From an uncultured Gemmatimonadaceae bacterium (GTDB lineage Bacteria > Gemmatimonadota > Gemmatimonadetes > Gemmatimonadales > Gemmatimonadaceae): a DNA stretch of 64,000 nucleotides. The position numbers were made by a program, and so were the translations under genes. The DNA is taken from contig CAVXGK010000002.1 of NCBI GenBank assembly GCA_963761305.1, forward strand, positions 768,001 through 832,000. The letters run 5' to 3'. A model generated the notes under the pieces. That model did no database searches, had not been told where the DNA came from, and saw nothing but the letters and a program-made list of their open reading frames with translations. Below, one piece after another: positions 39,866 through 51,588 of the stretch. How positions within the stretch are numbered: position 1 is the first letter of the stretch; the number at the start of each line of letters is the position of its first letter.

Positions 39866-41075
39866 TTCCATCCGCCCGTACGCGGGGAGTCGAATCCTCC
39901 TCGGGGTGACGGGAGGCATCGCCAGTTACAAATCGGCCTGGCTGGCACGCCTGCTCACGAAGGCAGGCGCCGAAGTGGACGTCGTGATGACGCGTGCCGC
40001 GACCGAGTTCGTCGGCGCCATCACGTTCGAAGCGCTCACCGGGCGGCCGGTCCACGTCGGCATGTTCGAGCAGGGGCGCGCGCTGGATCACATCGCGCTC
40101 GCGCGAGGTGCCACCGCCATCGTTGTCGCACCAGCGACGGCCGACTTTCTCGCCCGCGCCGCCGCGGGCCAAGCCGACGATCTGCTCACGTCCGTGCTGC
40201 TGGCCGCGAATTGTCCCGTGCTGCTCGTGCCGGCGATGAACGACCACATGTGGGCGCACGCGCAAACGAAGCACAACGTCGCTCACGTCGAGACACTCGG
40301 CTACCGAGTGCTCGAGCCGGACCAGGGCGCGCTCGCGGCGGGCGAGGGAACCGGTCCGGGACGAATGCCCGAGCCGGAGACGATCTTCGCGCACGTTGGG
40401 CGCCTACTCGAGCCGCGCGGCTCGTTGAACGGGAAGCGCGTCGTCGTCACCGCCGGCCCGACGCGCGAAGCGATCGATCCGGTGCGATTCATCTCGAATC
40501 ACAGCAGCGGCAAGATGGGCGTCGCGCTCGCGTCGGCGGCGTGGCGCCGCGGCGCCGACGTCATGCTCGTGTCGGGACCGATGAGCGTCGACCCGCCGGC
40601 GGCGGTCGGCGTGACGACGGTCGAATCAACGGGCGACATGAAAGCCGCGATCGACAGCGCGCTGCCGTCGGCCGACGTGCTGATCATGGCCGCCGCGCCG
40701 GCGGATTTTCGACCGTCGACCGTCGCGCAGTCGAAGATCAAGAAGACCGACGCTCCGGCGCCGATCTCGCTCGCGCCGACGCCGGACATCTTGAAGTCGA
40801 CGCGCGAAAAACGCCGACACGGTTCGATCGTCGTCGGTTTCGCGCTGGAGACGAACGACGCCCTCGCCAACGGCCGCCGCAAACTTGCGTCCAAGGATCT
40901 CGACATGATCGTCGTCAACGACGCGACGGAGCCCGGTGCGGGCTTCGGCACGGACACGAATCGCGTGACGCTCATCGCGCGCGACGGCGCCGAAACCGCG
41001 CTGCCGCTGATGTCGAAGAGTGAAGTCGCCGACGCGATTCTCGATCGTGTGGAGGCGTTGCTCGGTGGACGCTAG
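39822..41075 (+). CDS. coaBC: Bifunctional phosphopantothenoylcysteine decarboxylase/ligase
   Basis: GVTGGIASYK, PAMN, TAGPTRE, SSGKMG and GFALET motifs. The start codon is uncertain. Confidence 0.95.
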   Translation: MTSSTTSSRGDAPSSSIRPYAGSRILLGVTGGIASYKSAWLARLLTKAGAEVDVVMTRAATEFVGAITFEALTGRPVHVGMFEQGRALDHIALARGATAIVVAPATADFLARAAAGQADDLLTSVLLAANCPVLLVPAMNDHMWAHAQTKHNVAHVETLGYRVLEPDQGALAAGEGTGPGRMPEPETIFAHVGRLLEPRGSLNGKRVVVTAGPTREAIDPVRFISNHSSGKMGVALASAAWRRGADVMLVSGPMSVDPPAAVGVTTVESTGDMKAAIDSALPSADVLIMAAAPADFRPSTVAQSKIKKTDAPAPISLAPTPDILKSTREKRRHGSIVVGFALETNDALANGRRKLASKDLDMIVVNDATEPGAGFGTDTNRVTLIARDGAETALPLMSKSEVADAILDRVEALLGGR

Positions 41076-42072
41076 AGAACAACTGCGCCGCTACCTCGAG
41101 CAGCGCCGCGAGATGGGCGAGACCGAGCTCCTGCTCGATCGCATGACCGTCGACGAGGCGATGCGCTTGCTCGGCGCGCCGGCGACGAGTGGCGCAAAAC
41201 AAACCAGCGCGCCGTCGGAGAGCGAAGTCACAACGCCGCCGGATCCGAACGATTGGCGAGCGATTCTGCGCGCGGCGGATGTGGCGCCGTCGGCGGGTGG
41301 ACCGGTGGACCGAACTGACGGTGGACCGGTGGACCGGTGGACCGGTGGACCGGCAACGACGGCGAAACCTCCGGAAGACACCTCGTTTGCCGCGCCAGAA
41401 AAAGCGAGTGCGGAGCCGCCGGTGGCACCGATCGTTTCTGTTGCACCGGGCATCTCCGTTGGAACGCCGGTAGGTGAATTGTTTGGCGGACCGATGGCGG
41501 CGCTCGACTCGCTCGAGGCGATCGCTGCGCACGTCGCGAGCTGCACGCGGTGCCCGCTCCATGCGACGGCGACGAACCCGGTGCCTGGCGAAGGGAATCC
41601 CAACGCGGACTTCATGTGCGTCGGTGAAGCGCCGGGTGCGACCGAAGATCAAACCGGACGTCCGTTCGTCGGCGCGGCGGGACAACTCCTCACCAAAATC
41701 CTCGCCGCAATCGATTTCAAGCGCGAGGACGTCTACATCTGCAACGTCCTCAAACATCGTCCGCCGGGAAACCGTAACCCTCTACCGGACGAAGTAAAGG
41801 CCTGTTCGCCCTACCTGATTCGCCAGATCGAACTGATTCAACCCAAAGTGATTCTCGCGCTTGGCACATTTGCCGCGCAGACGCTCTTGAACACCACGCT
41901 GTCGATCGGCAAGTTGCGCGGCCAGGTTCACCGCTATTACGGTGTACCACTCGTCGTCACGTATCACCCTGCCGCGCTTCTCCGGAATCCGGGTTGGAAG
42001 CGTCCCACTTGGGAAGATGTCCAGCTCGCCCGTCGAATTCTCGATCAGCCCCACCCATCCGCCGGCGCGTGA
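41065..42072 (+). CDS. Uracil-DNA glycosylase family 4 with a long N-terminal linker
   Basis: CTRCPL, GEAPG, GRPFVG, RPPGNR and YHPAALLR motifs. Confidence 0.93.
   Translation: MDAREQLRRYLEQRREMGETELLLDRMTVDEAMRLLGAPATSGAKQTSAPSESEVTTPPDPNDWRAILRAADVAPSAGGPVDRTDGGPVDRWTGGPATTAKPPEDTSFAAPEKASAEPPVAPIVSVAPGISVGTPVGELFGGPMAALDSLEAIAAHVASCTRCPLHATATNPVPGEGNPNADFMCVGEAPGATEDQTGRPFVGAAGQLLTKILAAIDFKREDVYICNVLKHRPPGNRNPLPDEVKACSPYLIRQIELIQPKVILALGTFAAQTLLNTTLSIGKLRGQVHRYYGVPLVVTYHPAALLRNPGWKRPTWEDVQLARRILDQPHPSAGA
41296..41351. repeat. Tandem octamer: GGTGGACC x6 plus one degenerate unit, inside the UDG ORF
   Basis: Read directly from the sequence. Confidence 0.9.
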
Positions 42073-43420
42073 TCCGTACCGCGATCGGCGTCCTCCGTAC
42101 TCGGAGGACGCCGAGCAGGCGGTGCTCTCGGCGATGCTGATCGACCAGGACGCGGTGCTCCGCGCGGTCGAATTCGTCGATGACACGATGTTCTACGCCG
42201 AGCGCCATCGCCGACTCTTTCGCGCGATGGTGGGCATCGCCGAGCGCGGAGGCGTCGTCGATCCGCTCACGTTGTCCGACGAGCTCCAACGGCGCGGCGA
42301 TCTCGAAGGCTCGGGCGGCAAGGACTACATCGGCTTTCTCGTCGACGCAGTGCCGACGGCGGCGAACATCGAGTATCACGCGCAGATCGTGCGCGAGAAG
42401 TCGATCCTCCGCCGCCTGATCGAAGTCTCCACGTCGATCGTCGCCGAAGCGTTCGACGGCCACGTCACGGCGCGCCAGCTGCTCGACGACGCGGAGTCGA
42501 AGATCTTTCAGGTGGCCCAGCAGCAGACGCGCGAAGGGTTCACGCGACTGAAAGAGCTGCTCTGGCCGACGATGGAACGAATCGAGAAGCTGCACGCCGG
42601 CGGCACGACCGTCACCGGCGTGGCGAGCGGCTTCGGCGATCTCGACGAGATCACGTCGGGCTTCCAGCCGTCCGACCTGATCATCGTCGCCGCGCGCCCG
42701 TCGATGGGGAAGACGGCGTTCACGTTGAACGTCGCGCAATACGCGGCCATCGAGCACAAAGTTCCGGTTGCACTCTTCTCGCTGGAAATGAGTAAAGAGT
42801 CTCTCGTGCAACGCATGCTGACTTCCGAGGCCCGCATCGACGCGCAGCGACTCCGCAAAGGATTGCTGCGCGACGACGATTTTCCGCGCCTGGCGCGCGC
42901 CGCCGGCATCCTCGGCACGGCGCCGGTGTGGATCGACGACACGCCCGGCATCACGCTGCTCGAGATGCGGTCGAAGGCGCGTCGACTGAAGACGGAGTCG
43001 GGCATCGGCCTCGTGATCGTCGATTACCTGCAGCTCATGCAGGGGCCCAGCCACGCCGAGAGCCGGCAACAGGAAGTGAGTCAGATCTCGCGCGGACTGA
43101 AAGCGCTCGCCAAGGAGCTGAACGTTCCGGTCATCGCGCTGTCGCAGCTGTCGCGCGCGCCGGAGCAACGCACCGGCGACAACAAGCGTCCGCAGCTCTC
43201 CGACCTGCGCGAGTCGGGCGCGATCGAGCAGGACGCGGATCTCATCATGTTCCTGTATCGCCAGGAATTCTACGACGGCCCCACCGACAAGGACGGCAAT
43301 TCGCTCGAGGGCAAAGCCGAGGTGATCGTCGGCAAGCAGCGCAACGGTCCGACCGGCCTCGTGAATCTCTTCTTCCATAAGCAGTACACGCGCTTCGAGA
43401 GCTATTCGCAGCGGAGCTAG
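42017..43420 (+). CDS. dnaB: Replicative DNA helicase (no intein)
   Basis: AEQAVL, ARPSMGKT, DYLQLM, SQLSR and DLRESGAIEQDAD motifs. Confidence 0.97.
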   Translation: MSSSPVEFSISPTHPPARDPYRDRRPPYSEDAEQAVLSAMLIDQDAVLRAVEFVDDTMFYAERHRRLFRAMVGIAERGGVVDPLTLSDELQRRGDLEGSGGKDYIGFLVDAVPTAANIEYHAQIVREKSILRRLIEVSTSIVAEAFDGHVTARQLLDDAESKIFQVAQQQTREGFTRLKELLWPTMERIEKLHAGGTTVTGVASGFGDLDEITSGFQPSDLIIVAARPSMGKTAFTLNVAQYAAIEHKVPVALFSLEMSKESLVQRMLTSEARIDAQRLRKGLLRDDDFPRLARAAGILGTAPVWIDDTPGITLLEMRSKARRLKTESGIGLVIVDYLQLMQGPSHAESRQQEVSQISRGLKALAKELNVPVIALSQLSRAPEQRTGDNKRPQLSDLRESGAIEQDADLIMFLYRQEFYDGPTDKDGNSLEGKAEVIVGKQRNGPTGLVNLFFHKQYTRFESYSQRS

Positions 43421-43476
43421 TGTGTCGCAGGCCGGGTCCGTAGCGCGTTCGGCTTTTCTTACGCCCGTTGCAAATC

Positions 43477-43658
43477 TACGAAACGGTACTGCAACGATTT
43501 CGCGGACGGAGCGGATTTCGCGGAGAAATGCTTTTGTGAAGTGCTTGAATATTGGTCCGCGTCGGCACACCGGGCCTCGCAGCTTGATGCTCCCAAAGTC
43601 TTTGCTGTTTCCGCGCCAATCTGTTCAGTCCGCGAAATCGTTGCAGTACCGTGTCGTA
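43477..43658. mobile_element. MITE/REP-like element with 31-nt terminal inverted repeats
   Basis: 43483-43507 is the exact reverse complement of 43628-43652; this extends to 30/31 matches; TA at both ends. Confidence 0.65.
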
Positions 43659-43728
43659 ATGGCCCGCCCGCCACACAACCGCCGCCCAGCGAGATCTTCG
43701 TCGGCAGTCCCCGCTAAGCTTCGAAATC

Positions 43729-45126
43729 ATGGCGAAAGTGAAGACGGCCTATCGCTGCACCGAGTGCGGCGCTGAACACTCGAAGTGGCAAGGCCGCTGC
43801 GACACGTGCGGCGAGTGGAACACGCTCGTCGAAGAGATCGTCACGCCGCGGGTCGCGTCGGGTGCGATGAGCGCGCGGCGGGCGGCGGGCGCTCGCGGAC
43901 TCGCCGAAGGCGGAAGCGTCGCCGTGGCGCCCAGATTGCGCGACGTGGTCGGATCGCATGCCGACCGATGGCAGACTGGACTCGACGAATTCGACTTCGT
44001 GCTCGGCGGCGGCGTCGTGCCCGGGTCGATGATTCTCGTGGGCGGGGAGCCGGGCATCGGCAAGTCGACACTCCTGCTACAAGTCGCGGCGCGACTCGAG
44101 GCGACGGGACGCCCGGTGCTGTACGCGTCGGGTGAGGAATCGGCGCTCCAGGTTCGCCTTCGCGCCGACCGGCTCGGCGGAAACGCGGGAGAGGTCTCGC
44201 TGCTGAGCGAAACCAATCTCGAGACGATTCTCGCCACCGCGGCGGCAGCACCGCCGGCGGCGCTGATCGTCGACTCGGTGCAGACCGTGTTCACGACGGA
44301 TCTCGAAGGCGCGCCGGGGAACGTCGGTCAGGTGCGCGAGTGCGCGGCGCGGCTCATGCGTTTCGCGAAGGAGAGTGGAACGACGGTGTTCGTCGTCGGC
44401 CACGTGACCAAAGGCGGCGGCATCGCCGGACCCAAGACGCTCGAGCACATCGTCGATACCGTGCTGTATTTCGAGGGCGAAGGCACGCTCGACCACCGCC
44501 TGCTGCGCGCGACGAAGAACCGATTCGGCAGCGTCGACGAGATCGGCGTCTTCCGCATGACGGAGCGGGGGCTCAACCCCGTCGCCAACCCGTCGGAGCT
44601 ATTCCTCGGCGACCGCACGCAGACGGCGTCGGGATCGGCGCTGACCGCGCTGCTCGAGGGCACGCGACCGGTGCTCGTCGAGATTCAAGCGCTCGTCGCG
44701 AAAGCGGGCTTCGGCACGCCGCAGCGCGTCGCGACCGGGTTCGACGGACGGCGACTCGCGCTGCTGCTCGCCGTGCTCGACAAGCGCGCCGGACTCTCGT
44801 TCGCGCAGCTCGACGTGTTCGTGAACGTCGTGGGTGGAATTCGACTGCAGGAGCCGGCCGGCGATCTCGCCGTCGCCGTGGCGCTCGCGTCGAGCGTGTA
44901 CGATCGAGCGCTGGCGCCCGATTCGGTGTTCGCCGGCGAAGTCGGACTCGGCGGCGAGGTGCGGGCCGTGTCGCAGCCCGAGCGACGCATCGCCGAAGCG
45001 GCAAACCTTGGCATGCGCCGGATCTATCTCGCCGAACGCGGCGTTCCAAAGCGCGTGACGCGGGACATCGAGGTCGTGGGCGTGCGGACGATCGGCGAGC
45101 TGTTTCAGCGCGTGTTCGCGCAATGA
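43729..45126 (+). CDS. radA: DNA repair protein RadA/Sms
   Basis: CxxC..CxxC zinc finger; GEPGIGKST and KNRFG motifs. Confidence 0.97.
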   Translation: MAKVKTAYRCTECGAEHSKWQGRCDTCGEWNTLVEEIVTPRVASGAMSARRAAGARGLAEGGSVAVAPRLRDVVGSHADRWQTGLDEFDFVLGGGVVPGSMILVGGEPGIGKSTLLLQVAARLEATGRPVLYASGEESALQVRLRADRLGGNAGEVSLLSETNLETILATAAAAPPAALIVDSVQTVFTTDLEGAPGNVGQVRECAARLMRFAKESGTTVFVVGHVTKGGGIAGPKTLEHIVDTVLYFEGEGTLDHRLLRATKNRFGSVDEIGVFRMTERGLNPVANPSELFLGDRTQTASGSALTALLEGTRPVLVEIQALVAKAGFGTPQRVATGFDGRRLALLLAVLDKRAGLSFAQLDVFVNVVGGIRLQEPAGDLAVAVALASSVYDRALAPDSVFAGEVGLGGEVRAVSQPERRIAEAANLGMRRIYLAERGVPKRVTRDIEVVGVRTIGELFQRVFAQ

Positions 45127-45842
45127 CCGACGGCCGGCCGACGTCGAGCGGACAGACGCGCGACGTCGGCGTCGTGATCGTCGCCGGCGGCGGCAGCACG
45201 CGAACGAGCGGCACGGAGCTGAAGCAGTTCCGCTGGGTCGCCGGCAAGCCGGCGCTCCTGCACAGCCTCCAGACGTTCATGGCACGCGGCGATGTCGTCG
45301 GCGTGGTAGTCGTGTTGCCGCGCGAATACGTCGCCGATCCGCCGCCGTGGGTGTTTCAGTGCGACGTCGACCGGCTCATGGTGTCGGTCGGCGGCGCATC
45401 GCGCACCGAATCCGTCCGCAACGGACTCGAGGATTTGCCAGACGAAGCCGCTGTCGTGCTCGTCCACGACGCCGCGCGTCCGCTCGTCGGCGATGCGACG
45501 ATCGATCGTGTCGTCGAGTCCGCGCGCGCCGGCGTGAGCGCGATCGCCGCGCTGCCCGTGGTCGATACGTTGAAGGAAGTGGATTCCGAGGGAAGAATCG
45601 TGCGCACGATCGACCGCGACCGGCTGTGGCGCGCGCAGACGCCGCAGGGGTTTCCGCGCGAAGTCATCGTGCGGGCGCACCGTCATGCGCATGCGAACAG
45701 ACTCACCGCGACCGACGACGCCGCGCTGTGCGAATTGATCGGCGAACCGGTGCACGTCGTGCGCGGCAGCGAGCGCGCGCTCAAGATCACCGAGGACGCG
45801 GACTTCGACCGCGCGGAGGCATTCTTTCCGCTCGCCGAATGA
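45123..45842 (+). CDS. ispD: 2-C-methyl-D-erythritol 4-phosphate cytidylyltransferase
   Basis: KQF, VHDAARP, AQTPQGF, TDDA and KIT motifs. Confidence 0.93.
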   Translation: MTDGRPTSSGQTRDVGVVIVAGGGSTRTSGTELKQFRWVAGKPALLHSLQTFMARGDVVGVVVVLPREYVADPPPWVFQCDVDRLMVSVGGASRTESVRNGLEDLPDEAAVVLVHDAARPLVGDATIDRVVESARAGVSAIAALPVVDTLKEVDSEGRIVRTIDRDRLWRAQTPQGFPREVIVRAHRHAHANRLTATDDAALCELIGEPVHVVRGSERALKITEDADFDRAEAFFPLAE

Positions 45843-46510
45843 GAGTCGAGTCGCTCTCGATCCCGTTCTGGTCGGCCGAAGAGATCGGCGCGGCGATCAA
45901 GCCGGCGCTCGAACAGATCGCCGCGCGCAAGGTGCTCGCCTATCCGACGGAAACGGTGTACGGCTTCGGCGGCGGCATCGATCGCGACTCAGTGGACACG
46001 CTCGTGCGACTCAAGCGACGTCCACCGGGCAAGCCGTTCCTGCTGCTCATCTCCGGGCCGGACATGATCGAGCGTCTCGATCTGCGGCTGCCGAGCTACG
46101 CGGCGAATCTGGTGACGCGCCATTGGCCCGGCCCATTGACGCTGGTGCTCGCCGGCGGCGAGCGTCGCGTGCCCGATGTGCTCCGCGGTCCGGAGGGCGG
46201 CGTCGCCGTGCGGTGGACGAGCCACGCCGGCATCACGCGACTGATTCACGCGCACGGGGATGCGATCACGTCGACGAGCGCCAACCGTCCGGGGGTTCCC
46301 CCGGCCATGCGTGCCGCTGAGATTCTGTCACAATGGGGCGATGCGGTGACGCGAGGCGAACTCAGGGTGCTCGACGGCGGCGCGTTGACGCCGTCGAAGC
46401 CGTCGACGGTGATCGACTGTACCGGCCGGCGGGCGCGCGTCATTCGTCCCGGGGCGATCTCGGCGGCGACGCTGCGCGAGAGCGTGCCCAACCTGATCGG
46501 AGATGCGTGA
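45839..46510 (+). CDS. tsaC: L-threonylcarbamoyladenylate synthase (TsaC/Sua5)
   Basis: YPTETVYG, WPGPLTL, STSAN and PSTVID motifs. Confidence 0.93.
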   Translation: MRVESLSIPFWSAEEIGAAIKPALEQIAARKVLAYPTETVYGFGGGIDRDSVDTLVRLKRRPPGKPFLLLISGPDMIERLDLRLPSYAANLVTRHWPGPLTLVLAGGERRVPDVLRGPEGGVAVRWTSHAGITRLIHAHGDAITSTSANRPGVPPAMRAAEILSQWGDAVTRGELRVLDGGALTPSKPSTVIDCTGRRARVIRPGAISAATLRESVPNLIGDA

Positions 46511-46982
46511 TCGCATGAAGATCCTGTTCGTCTGCACCGGCAACACGTGCCGCAGTCCGCTCGCCGAGGCGATCGCGCGAAAGGTCGCCATCGAGCGCGG
46601 GCTGACCGACGTCGACCCGTCGAGCGCCGGAACGAGCGCGCACACGGGCGCGCCGGCGAGCGATGGCGCGCTGCTCGTCGGCATGGAGCGGAACATGGAT
46701 CTCACGACGCACCGCGCGCAGACGCTCACCCGCGAGCTGGTGCAGAACGCCGACCTCATTCTCGCCATGGGCCCGCACCACCTGGAGCGGGTCGAGGCAC
46801 TCGGCGGCGGCGGACGCGCGTATCTGTTGTCGGAGTATGCGTCGCACGGTGCGTCGGTGCGACCGATCAGCGATCCGGTCGGCGCGGAGCTGGAGGTCTA
46901 TCGGGCAACGGCGACCGAGCTCGAAGAAGAGATCCGTCGCGTGTTGGATCGAATCACGGCGGAGCGCACGGGGGCGACGTGA
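46503..46982 (+). CDS. Low-molecular-weight protein phosphatase (YwlE-like, possibly arginine-specific)
   Basis: FVCTGNTCRSP, SAGT and ISDP motifs. Confidence 0.9.
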   Translation: MRDRMKILFVCTGNTCRSPLAEAIARKVAIERGLTDVDPSSAGTSAHTGAPASDGALLVGMERNMDLTTHRAQTLTRELVQNADLILAMGPHHLERVEALGGGGRAYLLSEYASHGASVRPISDPVGAELEVYRATATELEEEIRRVLDRITAERTGAT

Positions 46983-47739
46983 CGGCACCGCCCGAGCGAC
47001 TGGTGCTGCTCGGCCATCCCGTCGCCCACTCGAAGTCGCCGCAAATGCACAACGCGGCGCTGGCCTCGGCCGGGATCGGAGCGCGATACGAGGCGCTCGA
47101 CGTCGCGCCCGAAGAGTTCGATTCGGTAGTTCGAGATCTGACACGCGACCACGCGGCCGGGAACGTCACGATCCCGCACAAAGCGCGCATGTACGCCGCG
47201 TGCGCGACGCTGTCGCCGGTCGCCCAACGCGTGGGCGCGGTGAACACGTGGTGGGTGAACGACGACGGCTCGCTCTCCGGCGACAACACCGACGTGGGCG
47301 GACTGCATCACGCGGTGCTTCGATTGTTCGACGCGACGGTGGTGCCGGCCAAGCTGCGCGTCGGTGTGCTCGGGGCGGGCGGCGCCGCCGCGGCGGTCGT
47401 CGCCGCGGTGGAATCGTGGCCGTCGGCGACCGTGCGCGTTCACAACCGGACGGCCGCGCGGGCCCGCGCGCTGTGCGAGCGATTTGGCGCCGTCGCGCAA
47501 CCGGTCGATGACGCACGCGCGCTGGACGGCGCCGATCTTCTCGTCAATGCGACATCCATCGGCATGCGCAACGACGACACTGCGTTCGACGTGTCGGGTC
47601 TGCGGAGCACTGCCCGCGTCCTCGACCTCGTGTACCGGCGCGAGCCGACGCCGCTCGTCCGCGCGGCGCGCGCGCGGGGATTGGCCGCGGCCGATGGACT
47701 CGCGATGCTCGTCGAACAGGCGGCGTTGGCATTCGAGCG

Positions 47740-49568
<1,829 letters not shown>

Positions 49569-49580
49569 CACGAATCCATC

Positions 49581-50777
49581 ATGAACAAAAAGACGATTCG
49601 CGATCTCTCGGATCAGGAAGTAAAAGGCCGTCGCGCACTCGTGCGCGTGGACTTCAACGTTCCCCTGGAGAAGGGCCGAGTCACCGACGACACCCGCGTT
49701 CGCGCGGCGTTGCCGACGATTCAAGCGCTCCTCGACCGAGGCGCGCGCGTCGTCCTCCTTTCCCATCTCGGGCGTCCCAAGGGAAAGCCCGAGTCGAAGT
49801 ACTCCCTCGAGCCGGTCGCGCGCCGGCTCGGCGAGTTGATGCCGGGACAGCACGTGGTGTTCATCGAGTCGACCGACACCGACGAAGCGGTGAAGGCCAC
49901 GCACGATCCCGCCGCGCGCGTCGTCGTGCTGGAGAACACCCGCTTTCTCGAAGGCGAGGAAGAGAACAACCAAGCCGTCTGTCGGGAACTCGCCGAGCTC
50001 GGCGACTTCTTCGTCAATGACGCGTTCGGATCGGCGCACCGCGCGCACGCGTCGACCGAAGGCATCGCGCACTGCCTGCACCCGGCGGTGGCCGGACTTC
50101 TCATGCAGCGCGAGCTCGACTACCTCGGCGCCACGCTCGAGAATCCCAAGCGGCCGTTCGTCGCCATCCTCGGCGGCGCCAAGATCTCGGGCAAGATCGA
50201 CGTCATCGAACAACTGTTGCCGCGCGTCGATCGGCTGCTGATCGGCGGCGCGATGGCGTGCACGTTCTTCAAGGCGATGGGGCTCGAGGTCGGGAAGTCA
50301 CTCGTCGAAGCCGACCGCGTGGACATGGCCAAGGAGCTGCTGGCCCGCGGCGGCGCGAAGATCTTTCTTCCGTCCGACGCGATGGTCGCGAAATCGCTGG
50401 ACGCACCGCAGACGGCGCACGCCGTGAGCCGCACAGCCATTCCCGCCGACGAGGCGATGTTCGACATCGGTCCGGCGTCGGCAGGACAGTTCGCCGGCGT
50501 CATCGAGGGCGCGAAGACGATTCTCTGGAACGGTCCGATGGGCGTGTTCGAGACGAGCGCCTTCGGCGCCGGCACGCGCGCGATCGCCGAGTCGATGGCG
50601 ACGGCCACGCAGCTCGGCGCCACGACGATCGTCGGCGGCGGCGATTCCGCGGCCGCGGTGGCCGGACTCGGCCTCGAGGCCGCGATGAGCCACGTGTCGA
50701 CCGGCGGCGGCGCCTCGCTTGAGTTCCTGGAAGGGAAGGTGCTGCCCGGCGTGGCCGCGCTCGACGACAGGATCTGA
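49581..50777 (+). CDS. pgk: Phosphoglycerate kinase
   Basis: RVDFNVP, SHLGRP, WNGPMGVFE and STGGGASLE motifs. Confidence 0.98.
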   Translation: MNKKTIRDLSDQEVKGRRALVRVDFNVPLEKGRVTDDTRVRAALPTIQALLDRGARVVLLSHLGRPKGKPESKYSLEPVARRLGELMPGQHVVFIESTDTDEAVKATHDPAARVVVLENTRFLEGEEENNQAVCRELAELGDFFVNDAFGSAHRAHASTEGIAHCLHPAVAGLLMQRELDYLGATLENPKRPFVAILGGAKISGKIDVIEQLLPRVDRLLIGGAMACTFFKAMGLEVGKSLVEADRVDMAKELLARGGAKIFLPSDAMVAKSLDAPQTAHAVSRTAIPADEAMFDIGPASAGQFAGVIEGAKTILWNGPMGVFETSAFGAGTRAIAESMATATQLGATTIVGGGDSAAAVAGLGLEAAMSHVSTGGGASLEFLEGKVLPGVAALDDRI

Positions 50778-51527
50778 ATGCAGCGACCGGTCTTCGCGGC
50801 AAACTGGAAAATGAATCACGGCCCGACCGCGGCGCGCGCGTTCGTGGCGGAGTTCACGGCGCGGTGGTCGCCGCGGTCGGATCGTACGGTCTTGTTGTTT
50901 CCGCCGACGCTCTCGGTCACCACCGTGGTCACGGCACTGTCGACACGCACCGACATCGGGGTCGGCGTGCAGAACGTCTGGACCGAAGACAAAGGCGCCT
51001 TCACGGGTGAGAACTCGGCGCCGATGGCGCGCGACGCCGGAGCGCGCTTCGCGCTGGTCGGTCACTCGGAGCGCCGACACGTGTTCGGTGAGACCGACGA
51101 GCAGACGGCGCTCAAGTGCGCGGCGGCGGCGCGCAACGACCTCGTTCCGATCCTGTGCGTCGGCGAATTGCTTTCGCAGCGCGAATCGGGAGAGACCGAA
51201 TCGGTCGTCCTGCGCCAGCTCGAAACGGGGCTCTCCAAGCTCTCGCCGTCGGTGATTTCGTCGATGGCGATCGCCTACGAGCCCGTCTGGGCCATCGGCA
51301 CGGGAAAGACAGCCACCCCGCAGGACGCGTCGACCGTGCACGCATCGATTCGCACCGCGCTCGAGTCGCGCGTGCCGGGCGCGGCAGCGGGGATTCCGAT
51401 TCTGTACGGCGGAAGCGTCAATCCGGGAAATGCCGGCGCACTGCTCGCCGCGAACGGTGTAGACGGACTACTGGTCGGCGGCGCGAGCCTCGTCGCCGAC
51501 GATTGGGTGCGCATCTGCGGCACTTGA
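50778..51527 (+). CDS. tpiA: Triosephosphate isomerase
   Basis: ANWKM, GHSERR, AYEPVWAIGTG and YGGSV motifs. Confidence 0.98.
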   Translation: MQRPVFAANWKMNHGPTAARAFVAEFTARWSPRSDRTVLLFPPTLSVTTVVTALSTRTDIGVGVQNVWTEDKGAFTGENSAPMARDAGARFALVGHSERRHVFGETDEQTALKCAAAARNDLVPILCVGELLSQRESGETESVVLRQLETGLSKLSPSVISSMAIAYEPVWAIGTGKTATPQDASTVHASIRTALESRVPGAAAGIPILYGGSVNPGNAGALLAANGVDGLLVGGASLVADDWVRICGT

Positions 51528-51588
51528 CGCGCTGCGCTAAGTGTCGTGATATTTTAGGCTTACACTTCGCCACATAGAGCAGCTGAAC

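Noticed and set aside
42017..43420. Possible intein in dnaB
   Set aside because: Length and motifs are continuous, with no insertion.
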